From: Marsupella aquatica
Taxonomy: Eukaryota > Plantae > Marchantiophyta
Direction of reading: 5' to 3'
Assembly (NCBI GenBank): GCA_973895155.1
Contig: OZ316898.1
Location: 18,611,292-18,675,291 of the forward strand
DNA length: 64,000 nucleotides
The position numbers were made by a program, and so were the translations under genes. This document shows positions 21,655 to 34,250 of the stretch, piece by piece (the stretch's first letter is position 1; every line of letters begins with the position of its first letter). A model generated the notes under the pieces. It did no database searches and was not told the DNA's origin. It saw only the letters and a list, made by a program, of their open reading frames with translations.

Positions 21655-24600
21655 TCTCACATTCCGGTGATTGCTGAAGAATCTCGCTACCGAGCTGGAT
21701 ACTGGACTCCTCCCTCCCTAAACGAAAAAATCGATTTGGATCAGAAAACAGGGTTTTTAAGGCGACCAGATATTTTCGAATTGAAATTGGAAAGCCGAAA
21801 AACACGAGCATTTTCGAGTAAAACACACCTTTCTCAAACTGAATTGGAAATTTAGAGAAACACAGAAGAAAACTTACTGAAATTGAAATCACAGAGAAAC
21901 CTCGGAAATAGGTTATGCAGGAACAACCAGAATGTGTAAAACCTGTGCAATGACAGAAAGACAAATCAAAACACCACACTGACTCTTGGTCTTCGGCACC
22001 ATACCCAACCGAGCAGTACAACATTTCACGGCTCACCACAAACGAGAAAGATTTGTAAGATTCTCATTCTCAGACATAGAATTGGGCGGCTAAAACCTTC
22101 GAAGTAGCACACGAGTGACTTGCACCTGAACCCTAATTGGCAGTAGATGACATCGGAAACAAGGGAAAAAGATAGCTTTGTAATCCCTAAACGCAATCCT
22201 GTAGCGAGAGGAGCATGAGGCGAGAAAAGGACATGAAGAAAAGGTCATGAAGAAAAGAAAGAATGGAAAGAGACCTCGTGGTGCAGTGACTTGTAAGCTT
22301 TTGACGAAATCCAAGTAAGGGCCAGGGGACGAAGTTGAGGATTCAAAAGTACCTCTGTTCGCCGTCACCTTCAGAAGCAGATTGCAAGTAGCTCCAAATT
22401 GCTTCCACTGCAGCAAAAGCAGACTTCCGAAACGAACTCTACAAATTAGAGCCCTTCTCCATTCTGCTCGCTCGCCGTGCTACCCAGCTCTTCAACGACA
22501 CAGCGCCAGATCACGGCCTTCATGAGAACTCCATCAGTAATCAATCGGAGCCCACCAAAGTCTCATAGAGGCATCAAAACCCCCAAATAATCAAAACCCT
22601 CGTCTGCGGATTAATTAGTTAATTTTACTAATACAGTAAGCTTAAAGCTACTTTCATTAATTTTACTAATTAAGTAAGCTTAAAGTTAATTTCAAGGGCA
22701 AGTGTCTGAAGTGAAGCCTCTAGACCTATTTTACAAACAAAAAAAAAACACTTAATGCAAAACTACTTTCAAAGGCTACTGTCTAAAGTGAAGGGTAACT
22801 CTCAATTAGACAAATCTGAAAAGTGAAAGTGGACCAAAACATGGGATGGGAACAAAAGATTAACAAAGGTGACATTGACTCTAAATAGGGACAAAACTGA
22901 GAGTGACTGAACAAAATAGAAGTGAGGGTGGCAAAATAGAGGGATGGAGGCAAAGATGAATAAGAGTATCTTTGTTTTGCAAGTTTTTTTTTGTCTTCAT
23001 CTCTATTTGCGGTCAAAGAATGGGTAATTAGGCAATCAATTGAAATATAAGTTAGTGTGTTAAGGTGTCAAGAATATCCCAGTGTTTTCTGTCCAATGAC
23101 CATCTAAGTACATCTCCAGCTGGCATACTCTCCAAAAAAATATAGTGCACTACCTTAGCCCAATGCCCATGGTAGTTAAAAATGTTACAGTAGTATTGTG
23201 ACTTTTGTAAGAAACCAAATAGTCAGACCAGGTACCAAAAACAGAACATAAGAATACACTCAATCTCATAAGGAAGTGATAAAACATCACAATGGAAACT
23301 AGTCAAGGATCCATAGCATGAGAGTATATGTGAGAGCCTAACTACACCATTAGTGTCATGTTATTCATTAATTTGTAAAAATTTCTCATGTATTTCTTCA
23401 TAGGAATCATTGATTTTTGTGCTATGTGAGTATGTTTGATAATCAGTGTTATTTGAGCTCCAATACTCTCTAATCACATATTAGTGTTACTTACACTATT
23501 TATAATGTCACACTATTTCCATAATAACACTAACTATGATACAGTGTAGTTTTTGCCATTTTGTTTTAAATGCTACTAAAAATCAGTCCAAAGCAACACT
23601 AATTGCAAATGTTTTTGAAAACAGTTTTTATTCACTATTTTTCCACTCTTGAGCCCAAAGGAAAAGTATTTCATGTCGGCAGAAGTAATGTTATAATAAA
23701 ATTAGTGTACATGACACTAACATATGGTTAGAGTCCAAAAATATGTATGCTCAAGTTAATGTCAAGAAATTAGTGTACTTGAGACTAACTTATGGTTAGA
23801 GTCCCAAAGTATCTACTGTACACTCAAATCAGTGTGAATAACACTAATTAAGGTGAACAGTGTAGAAAGATGGTCTGTCCAGTTTTTATTCCTTACAATA
23901 ACCTGTATTGGGGTTAGTGTACTAGAAAAATGCTGTTGTCAGGTATTTATTCCTCACAATAACGCAACCAGTAATCTTTGCAGATACTCAAAGATATATA
24001 GAGGAACTCTAGACCGTGAAGTCTTGCTGGAAAGTAATGCAAGGTTTTAGTTGGAAACGAGGAACAGAGGCTATGGTGCATTCTGCTCGGAGCACAGAAC
24101 TACAATTATCAGTGTGAAACTAAATCTTTGCTCTAGAGTCTAAAATGTGAGCCCTTGTGTCCGGTTGGGCTTGAACTCCACGGATAAAACCTCCAACATC
24201 TCAATGGAAATCATCTGCATTAGACATTCTTGAGCTCCTGGATTCCAAACAGGAAACGCTGCTGGACAGACTATGAAACTCGTTGCAAAAGAGAATGGCA
24301 TGGATTGATTCCCTATATCATCATTGGAACCCAAAAACCTCCAGAAATGAGATCAGACCATATCTATCGCCCATATTGCCCTGCTGTTGGCAGAGTAAAG
24401 GAATTGTGTCACGAAAGGCCCCTCTGAGTCGACAAGAGACGTCTCTGAAGGAGACTCGGTCGATGTGAAGGTTCCTAACTTTGCAAGCAGATGCCATAAA
24501 CACCTTGAGGTAAAGAATCTCAGGAAACTTGATTAGATAATCTATCATTAGCTTCATTGTGTTCAGATAACAAACTACCGGATCGTTTATTTACATTGAG

Positions 24601-25991
24601 AGGAACAAGGACGTTCGGGCTATTCAAGCTCTTTTTCATGATCCGGAAGAGCCTCAGAATTTTAAGCATCAACAGTTAGAAGGTCGAATAGAGAATTGGA
24701 AGATGATACACACACCATTTCATATGAATTCATAGGTTCTAAGAAGCTCTTATATATTTCTTCGAAATTGAGTCGACTTGGCTGGGCATGCAAGAAAAAA
24801 GTCAAGGAAGAGCTCGCCTACTGGCAGAATGGAATTGGATTCATCTGTACCGGATGCACAATGTGACCCAAATTATGAAATCTGTTCAACGAATACTAAC
24901 GAGAAGATGGAAAATTTCTCAACGAGTCGTCAGACTACGAGCCGAGATGAGCATCCATTGAGTGAATACATCCATTTGACCCTCTCTCTGCCTCGTGAAA
25001 ACCTTAACCGAGCTCATTGAGCTAGATCTTCGTACCCTACTAAACCTTAAACGTCATATTGGACTTGCAATTCCCAGCAATCTGCACCTTAAATTGCAAC
25101 TCTGCGGCCTATGCAGTTTCATAGCTTGGACGGAGGTTCACCGTAAAGGGTTCACTGGATTTGATGTGGGCACAAGATCCACGCTTACAAAAAGTATGCC
25201 TTCGTAAATCACCAGTCGAGAATCACATATATGGCCGACAGCCTCACCTGTCGATCCAGAATGTTAGTTGTGCGGAGAGCAATAAGTTTCCACTGTGATA
25301 TCAGTGGGTAATCATTTAAGTTTTCTTTGAGGAAAAAACTCACCGGCGTTGCTTCCCATGTTCTTTGGTTTGTTTTTGAACCGACAGGCTGACATATTCC
25401 ATGTAGTGTTGACCCATTTTATACGGGAAACATGTGGCACTCTCTTCCATATGAAAATTTTGCAATCAAAGCCAGCTGAGGCAAAGAACATGTCGATTTG
25501 ATATGGCAAAAATTAAATAGCCTCAAACTACATGCAATTCTTCAGGCCAAACTCTGATGTGTCGATACAGTAAACAATCAAATGTGTACATTCTCCTATC
25601 TAAAAGATCCAAAAGAGACTTGTCCATCACCAAATGCCGTGGCAGCAAACAAGAAACAGTGAGATGACGCCACAACTAATCTACACTTACTGGGAAATCC
25701 TCTTTGGTTGAAGGAACCCTAATTCCTGCTCCGAAACCTTTGACCGAGAAATCACTCCTGCTGAATCAAACTGGATGTGGTCCTGGAAAGATACCAAGAA
25801 TTAGCTCAGCAACACAAGTGGGCTAGTGCAGAACTCTCGAAGGACGGAAACAGAAAAATGAGGCAACAAATCTTACTGCTCCGAAACCAAAACCTTTCTA
25901 GTCGAAGCAACCCTAATGAACCAAACTCTTTGGAGAGAGCAGAATTAAAGTTTGACGCGAATTACCTATTGGCAAAGGAGGGACGCCCAGA

Positions 25992-26279
25992 TCACGATGA
26001 AAGGTCCGTGAACTTTATATCCATAATGCTCTTGGTGCGGGGAGCATAGAGGGAGTACACTGCGGACTGCCTTTGAGCTACTTGCAGAGACTGTCGTCCG
26101 TGTGCATAAGCCGCGGCCACCACTGCGGGATCCGTCGCTGAACGGTTTTCCCTGAACCCTTCCTTGGCGCGCCGCTTCACGTACTCTCTAATGTTGTAGT
26201 TGGGAAACTTCCTGGCTTCTCTCAACAACGCCTTGAAAAGGTGAATTGCCTCTGCTGACGATGGCGCTGCTGCTGCCAT
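25992..26279 (-). CDS. LYRM4: LYR motif protein 4 / ISD11, mitochondrial Fe-S cluster cysteine desulfurase partner (95 aa)
   Basis: LFKALLREARKFPNYNIREYVKRRAKEGFREN...RQSAVYSLY matches the ISD11 family. ATG at 26279. Confidence 0.93.
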   Translation of the reverse strand: MAAAAPSSAEAIHLFKALLREARKFPNYNIREYVKRRAKEGFRENRSATDPAVVAAAYAHGRQSLQVAQRQSAVYSLYAPRTKSIMDIKFTDLSS

Positions 26280-26789
26280 CTCCTTTGCCGAATTCTCAGA
26301 GCGTCTCCGCCTCCCTTCCTCGAGAAGCAAATCTTTCTGTTCGCACCTGCCGTGAATTGTCACCCTGCTCAGTCAAGAGCACATAATCCACCGATTCTAC
26401 AATCAGAAAGCATAACAAAAGAAGAAACAGAGAGCAGAATGCTGAAACTCAAGCTCACAGAACCGAATCTGGCCGACTGAACAGAGCATTCCCTAGTCTA
26501 ATAAGTGCTCGATTCCATCAAAAGTGAGAAGCATCAGTTCTCCTTTTCTCTCTCAAGCTCGTCTTCTTAGCTTTCCGCTCATGTGCTCCTCGTTATGTTC
26601 AAGCTTATCAAAATCGGGGTTGGAAAAGAGGATAATCTCCACCTCTTTTCCAATCCCTTTGTGTGCTCTCTTGCCTTTGGGTTCTTTCGGAGTGGTGGTA
26701 CATAAAAACTAAACAAATATATTTGTAATATTTGTCATCGGTATATTTCTTTATCAGTTTTTGTACACCAGCACATACTTGGTTCTTTG

Positions 26790-28208
26790 GAGATATATGT
26801 TTGATGCCCCCATTGAACTTTCTTATTTGATGGCCCCTAGGTAACTTTTTTAATCAAGTAGGACCCTTCTTAATGACCAGTACACTTGTTCTTGTGTGAT
26901 GCTTACACTTGTCCTTGTGTGGTGTCTACTATGTACAGTGACTCGAGGCAAACTGCATGGTTGAACCGCGCGGTCGACCCTGCATGGTCGACCAAGAAAC
27001 CACAGAGATTATTCAGGAGAAACCGCAAAAAGCGACTGTCGTTGTCGAAATTGTGATTTGAAGACAATATGCATTATGTCTTCGGATTCAATGGGTTAAT
27101 GCCTAAAGACACAATGGATTATGTCTTCCCGTGTTTCAAGGTTTAGGGTGTACCTCGACACCTTCTTGGGGGTTTTACTTCCACAAAAATGGCATATCAC
27201 GTGAGACAAAGGATATGGTCATTTTATTGGTTCTAAGGGAAGACTTAAACATTTTTGTAGAAGAACAATAGGGTCTTTTAAATTCAATTTTGAGACTTAT
27301 AAGAACATTAGGGTCTTTTTAATCCAATTTTTAGAATATTCCAAGAATATTCCAACTTTATAGGGGTTAAAAAAAAAATTCTTACATTTTAGGGGGTCCG
27401 AGGCCTAAAAACGTCGCAGGCGATGGGGAGGTCCCCATATAGTGAGACCCTTGAGGACACCTTCGGGTTTGTCTTCTTTTGAAATTGTTTGTATGCATTG
27501 CACAGGGGGAGTATCACCATTTTTTGAGCACATTTGTCAATCATTTGCGATTTTTGTTGTGGCAGCAGTGGGCAAATTCCGAACATTGAACTTGAATATT
27601 CTTTGTGGACATTTGGAGGTACCCCGCACTGACACTGACAGTCGCATATGAAAACATCGTGAAAAACCCATGTGCACCGCGTGAAAAACGTATCTAATGA
27701 CTACCCCGCGATACGGTGAAAATTTGAACCCAAAGACATAATCCATATTGTATTCAAGTCACAGTTTGGGCAACAACGGTAGCTTTTGGCAGTTCTCCCA
27801 CATCATCTCCGCGGTTTCACCTGTTTCTTCCACATGTTTCTTCGACCATGCAAGGGTGGCCTCCCACACAGTCCAACAGTCACAAAAAACCCATACAAGC
27901 AAACCTAATGACTACCCCGCGATCGATCAAATTTTGAATCCGAAGACATAATGCATATTGTCTTCAAATCACAGTTTTGACAGCGACAATCGCTTTTTGC
28001 GGTTTCTCCTGAATACTCTCTGTGGTTTCTCGGTCGACCATGTAGGGTCAACCCACTGTGCAGTTTGCCTAGAGTCACTGTACATAGTAGGCACCACACA
28101 ATAACAGGTGTACTGGTCATTAAGAGAGGTCCTACTTGGTAAAAAAAGTTACCTAGGGGCCCATCAGGTAAGAAAGGTTCATAAGGGGGTCCATCAAGCA
28201 TATATCTC
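26790..28208. mobile_element. Non-autonomous Mutator-like element (1419 bp) with about 275-300-bp TIRs and a perfect 10-bp TSD
   Basis: Left TIR 26790-27091 begins GAGATATATGTTTGATG; right TIR 27934-28208 ends CATCAAGCATATATCTC. TSD TGGTTCTTTG at 26780-26789 and 28209-28218. No transposase ORF. Confidence 0.93.
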
Positions 28209-30437
28209 TGGTTCTTTGTCACCAAAGATATTATAATGGATAATATAAATACAATATTGTCATTTTATTGTATGTATAAATACATCATAATTTTAATTTA
28301 TTTTTTCAGGAAATTTGTGAAACCCCATGGAAAGGGAGGCAACAAACGTCAACTACAATATTTGAGCCCAAGAACTTTGAGTTCTCACTTATCACACAAC
28401 TCTACCTGCTTTGCCTCTATGATTTTGTTGGGGAAATCTGTAACACACAACTAAGAGCACAATCAATAAGCACATTAGAGCTAAATGGTTCAATAGAACA
28501 CACAAAAAGTTATACTATACTCTAGATTGGGTAGCCATACCAACCCTCCACAATACAAGTTCTTTGAGAATGCTTCTCCTAGCACTTAGCTTGTTCACTC
28601 AACAATGTGCATGAGTTTCCAAGAGTACTTTTCCTTTGCCTCTCTACGTGCTAGATACTACGTGCTAGATACTGGAGTTATACTGGAGTTGCGACTAATC
28701 ATCATAAATATAGTAATGGTGAATTAATGTAAGCAACTAAATTAACCCAAGACTAGAATTGACAAATTTATATTCACTTAGGGCAAAAACCAGTCAACTT
28801 TTGGTTGTGTTTAAGACCCACTTGATTTGCTTGAGGTTTGTGATGACTTTTGGTCATTTAGAAATGGCAGTAAATTGGAGACTAGTTTCAAAGTTAGTTT
28901 CCTTTCTTTCACTATCGTTCATAGTGACTTGTGGTTGACCATATAATTATTATGGTCAGGCACAAATGATGCTCATGGCATTGGATTATTCTATATTACA
29001 AAAGTTTATAAATTATGTATTCGTAGTCCAGAAGTATTCGTCATAAGTTTAGTTTAGTAGATAAAGTCCAACAAATTTTGAGGTTTGAAACCCCCTAACT
29101 TTTTGATTTGGATAGGAAATGGGCTAGTAGGTCACTTACGTCAAGATTAACTAAACTGCCATGGTGCCAGATGACACCGTTGTGATCATCATTGTTCAGG
29201 TCATTTTTCTGTGATCATTTGAATTTTTAGGAAGAAATCTTCATCATTAAACAAGCATTGGCAATTTTAGTGCAATGCAAGTTTTCGGCCACAATTCGAA
29301 CTGGGAAGTGGATTTCTCTTTCACACTCCTTGCAAACAATGTTGTTTGTTTGCCAGCTCCATCTCAGTGTTTTCTTAGACTTCCGCTGCTGCATCCTGCA
29401 TGTAGACATTAGCTAATTTTTGCTCTGTTGCAGTCGATCGGACTCTCTGCTCTATCAAAAAACTAACTTCGATGCAGCTATTGCACAGCTGCCTTCAGTA
29501 TGTTTCCTCTCCGGGGCACACTCTTCTTCCATGCTTCAGTGGCAGACGCGTATGCGCTTGGTGCAAACATCAATCGATGCGAAATAGCTTGCATCAATTG
29601 GTGAACAAAGAGCCGACTAAGTCAAGCTATTTTGTATTTTGCGACGCAAATGCATTCGAATGTTCCTAATACCGGAGTTTGAATTCTGAATTGTGTAGTT
29701 TGTCCTATGATTTCAAGAGTCATAAGCTTAGAATAGATTGATGTCAGCTGAATAGCTGCCAGTCGATTAGCCTGTTGTAATGCGTTTTGAACAGTAATAT
29801 ATTCCCTAGTACATAGTTGGCAGGTCTTTTACCAATATGCGATGAAGTTTGCCCAATGAATTTAAATGTTATAAGCTCCGATGTAGAATATAAGCTCCGA
29901 TAAGTTGACATTTCCTATTGTGAATCAAATGATCACCTTCCCAATACTCTGTAGTTTGCGGATTTGCGTACTTGATAGTTCAAAGGTCTTTACCAAAATT
30001 TTGAGTAGTTTGTCATGTGAAATCCGTAGTCGTAAGGTCAAGGTCAAAGTCGAGTGCAGATTTTTCAATTGAACGGTGCTTACTGTAAATCCAGAATCAT
30101 AAGCTTGGAGCCATTATATTGACTAGGTGACAGTTTATAGGAGTTTACAGTTCACACGTTACGGCTACATACTATTGCACATTCCCGTACTCAAAAATCA
30201 TCGAATGAAGTTGATTTTTATTGTCATGAACATTATAAAAAGCGATTGTTTACAAAAGTTCACAAAACTTGTAAGCATCTATATTATTTGACAGAACACT
30301 TGATGTATCTACAGCCGTTGAAAATTCGCGGATAGAGACAGATGCCCTAGTGATCGAAATCGCCCTATACAGCCTCAGAAACTTTGCAGCATGTCGTTGA
30401 CGTCCAAAGCTTCGCTTCAACATCCGCCTCAGCATTT

Positions 30438-33072
30438 CTATGCATTCACTGGAACACCGCCTGTAATGCGCAAAAAGTAGGTCGCAACAAGAAGTTAATG
30501 TCATTTATCTTAAATAGACATACCAAATGAAGAGTAGAAGCCTTCATATTTACTTTTACTTGTATGCTGAATGTGTGATTATTCAGAGCGGCATTCACAT
30601 CAATTTTGGGGTTGACATAAGTCGGAAACGGCATTTACATCAATTTTGGGGTTGAAATAAGTTGGAAACAAGAAGGAATTTGTACAAAAGGTTTCAACTG
30701 AATACATTCCCTCAATTTAAACGAAAAAAAATGTGTAGAACTCCTGTATTCGGCGACTCGAATATCCTGTGGAGATATGGGTGCACACGGAAGTATGTGA
30801 TGAGTACCATTTGGATGCAGGACTTGGCCCGAGAAGTAAGATCCATCTTCCGATGCAAGAAAAACGTAAGAAGTTGCAACTTCGTGAGGTTGTCCTGCAC
30901 GCTTCATTGGCACTTGCTCACCAAATGACTCCACTTTCTGCTCCGGGAACGACGATGGGATAAGTGGAGTCCAGATAGGTCCTGGGGCAACACCTGTATC
31001 AAGCAATTCCAACTCTCCCGAGTTAAGTCCAAGTAAATCTCAACAGTGAGAAACTAACATTGAGTGCACATAATGTCCAGTTTAAGCCACGGTTAAAGAA
31101 GAATTCCAAGTCTTATGTTCAGATGTCTGTGGGGCAGGGGCGAAATTGTCTAGATTACGAGAAATGCTTCCAAAGCAATTGACTAGCTCGGCAATAATTT
31201 GCACAATTTGCAGGTTTTGGCAGCCAGCGGATGAATGTTAGTTCTTCGCTACGGTAGATCAAAACACATCTGGGAGACTACTGGCAGACACGGCAAAGAC
31301 TGGAGCTGTATTGGTACCGTTGACACGAATTTTCCTCGGTGCCAGGTGCAAAGCCAAGCCTCGCACAAAAGCAACAATCGCGCCTTTCGTGGAAGTGTAG
31401 TCGATCAATGAAGCATTTCCCTTGTATGCATTGATAGACGTTGTGCAAATGATACTGCTTCCCTCCTTCATATGCTTCAATGCATGACTGGCAAAGCACA
31501 ACGCACAAATTAAATCTTTCCAAATTAAGCACATGAGGAGCACAAACATGTCAGCTTCAGTAAAAGTATCTCTAAGGCGATGAGATGGAAGACAAACTTC
31601 GTGCATAAATCCCCAAATAAAATGGACAACACATATGAAATGACCCATCCTTAGTTTCAGGTAGCTATCAATGAAATTATGTCGTGAGTTAAGCTACGAA
31701 GAATTCTTAGATCTTCAAGGGCGTTTGAATTGGCAGAACTTCACTACCCAGGTTCATACCGAGTGAGAAAGAAGTGAGCGAAAATGTTGGTGCGGAACAC
31801 GCGTTCCACTTGCTCGGGGCTAATATCTTCGAAATTTTCAACGATGTGCTGCTGTGCGGCGTTGTTGACCACGATATCAATTTTCCCGAAGTGTTTTACT
31901 GTCTCATCGACTACCTGCAAAAAGTACTGCGTCAAACTACTGTTTTACCCAAAAAGCCTGTCTTCAGTTGTAAAATGCACTCTTCGTATTTTGGCAGTGC
32001 TGCTGTGCCGAAGCACTGAATACCTTCTTGCAGTTCTCATCGAAACCGAGGTCGACACCGATTTTGATAGGATCTTTCGCATGCTCAGTTTTGGACTTCT
32101 TGATGAGGTCTAGTGTATCGTCAGCATCCTTCTCTTCCATATCTGGAACGTAAGTGATGGCTACTGAGGCTCCTTCCAAAGAGAAGAGCTTTGCGACTGC
32201 TCTGCCGATTCCAGAATCTCCGCCTGTTATGATCGCTACCTTCCCCTGCATATGCATTGCCATGCTGTGTTATTTCAAGCAAGGAATAAAGCTTGTGCAC
32301 GAACGAGAGACCTTTTTCGACAGACTCCTGATATAATAGTCATAAATTTCACTAAACTAGAAGGGTCGAAGAAAAGACCACAGGACGAATGTCGAATAGA
32401 TTGGCAGTGTCGACTCATGGAGCCCAATCATCGTATACGAAGGTTTTCTTGATTGCATGTAGACATTGAAACGCAATAGAAGATTGAAGCTGCAGGCTAA
32501 CGGACGAAAATCAACCACGTAAATTCTTTTCACGTATCTAACCAAAACCATCCCCCATCTCATAAACAACAACATTGACATTGCCAGCAAATATTACAGT
32601 CAACCAGCACATGATCGCTCAGCCATGATCCAATAGCCAAAGAGGTTGAAATTCAAAAAACCAAATTCGATCCCAAGTAAAATCTTAAACTAAAGACTCA
32701 GACAGGAACGAGCTGGACCTTCAGCTTGCCAGCCGGAACGTAGTTTTCTGAACTGTGCACAGGGGACGGATCCATCTCATGCTCTCGTCCGGGCTGTCCC
32801 TCCTGAAGCTTAGCAGGGAACTGCTTTCCATTGGTGGCCATGGTTCTGAAGCTCCGCTTCCCTTCTCTCCCGAGCTCAAGCGGCTGAACCTTGAGTGTCC
32901 GTGCCAACCTCAAAGGAATGGGACTCGCTGCAGCTCCGAAAACGTGCTTTTGCTGTGATACAGCACAGTGCAAGAGCTGGGATGCAGGCCGAGAGAGGAG
33001 AGGAAGCTGAGAGGCAGTTCCGTTGCTGATGAGAGGGAGATGGGTTCCTGCGAACCGAACTGATCGAATCAT
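30438..33072 (-). CDS. Short-chain dehydrogenase/reductase, glucose-and-ribitol dehydrogenase / NADPH aldehyde reductase type, with transit-peptide-like N-terminus
   Basis: Exons 32719-33072, 32024-32245, 31760-31914, 31318-31487, 30808-30993, 30438-30460. Motifs ITGGDSGIG, NNAA, catalytic YTSTK, RVNGVAPGPIWTPLIP and SGQVLHPNGG. The start codon is uncertain (33216, 33072 or 32841). Confidence 0.93.
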
Positions 33073-33240
33073 GAGAGAAAGACGAAGATGGGATTGCTCT
33101 ACACTTTGCTTGTCTGAATGTGGAGAGAACGGATGTGCATCAAGATTTAAGCTGCAAATTGTAGTGTGGACCAAGATTGGAGCTGTGAATTGGGTGATGG
33201 TGAGAAATCCTGCCATGCAGATCCTGCACTAGTGATTCGA

Positions 33241-33320
33241 GGCACTTGGCCTCGTAGTTTCTGGCACTTGGCCCTGGCTTGCTCCTTACACGTGGGGCAC
33301 AGGAGAGGAGACGACGTGGG
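33241..33320. promoter_or_regulatory. ABRE/G-box cluster upstream of the SDR gene
   Basis: ACACGTGG at 33288-33295 and GACGTGGG at 33313-33320, plus GGCACTTGGC twice (33241, 33263). Confidence 0.5.
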
Positions 33321-33479
33321 TGCTGTACAATGTGTACTCTTGCCAAGCGTTTGCATGTAAGAACAAGATTGCCAACGAAGAGTTTCTGCGTGTTAATGGC
33401 AAATCATGATTGCTTCTAGCCCCTTTTCCATTTTTCTCCCCTTTGTCAGGGGGTCTCAACTCTTCATTAGGGAGTCTCA

Positions 33480-34250
33480 AGGGTCTAATTTTGATGGGCC
33501 TGTAGGTATATATCTCAAAGCTCAGAATTTGATGGACCTTAAGTATGTCGTTAGAGGGGTTACCGACATAAAAAAATTAAATTTTATGGGCCTTTACTAT
33601 GGGCCTGATACCCAATTCTATCAAATTTGACCTTATGTATCAATATTCTATCAAATTTTATCAACCTTCTATCAAATTTTATGGGCCTGTAGTTACATGT
33701 CTCAAAGCTCAGAATTTGATAGACCTTAAGTATGTAGCCCGTAGTTACATGTCTCAAAGCTCAAAATTTGAGAGACCTTAAGTATGTAGTTATAGGGGTT
33801 TAGTTATAGGAGTTACGGACACAACAATTATGAACTACCAAACTCATAGTCCATAAGTTTTTACCATAAAAGATTAGTCCTATGTCACTACCATTAGTCA
33901 CTGTAGAAGCTAGTGAAAAAACTTGAATTATCTTTTACATAACTTGTGAAAAATTATGACCATTTCTTTAGGGCTGAAAGCTATCATCCATAATTTTGAA
34001 GATTTGAGATGCCCTAGTGTTAATGTTAATGGCTATTCAACTGCTTGTGGCCCCATTTCCTCCACAGGGTGTACTCCCCTTTATTGGTGGGTCTTTTCCC
34101 TTTGTGCTCCCTTGTTTTAGGATTGTGTTCTCCCCTTTTGTTGGTGGGTCTCTTGCCTTTGTGATCCTTATTGGGTCTCGTGCTTTGGCATTGTGTTCTC
34201 CCTTTCATTGGTGGGTCTCTTGCCTTTGTGATCTTTATTGGGCCTCTTGG
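33480..34250. repeat. CpG-poor TE remnant with short internal repeats
   Basis: TCTCAAAGCTCA(G/A)AATTTGA x3, TTCTATCAAATTT x3, TTGGTGGGTCT(T/C)TT(T/G)CC-type motif x3. Confidence 0.55.
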
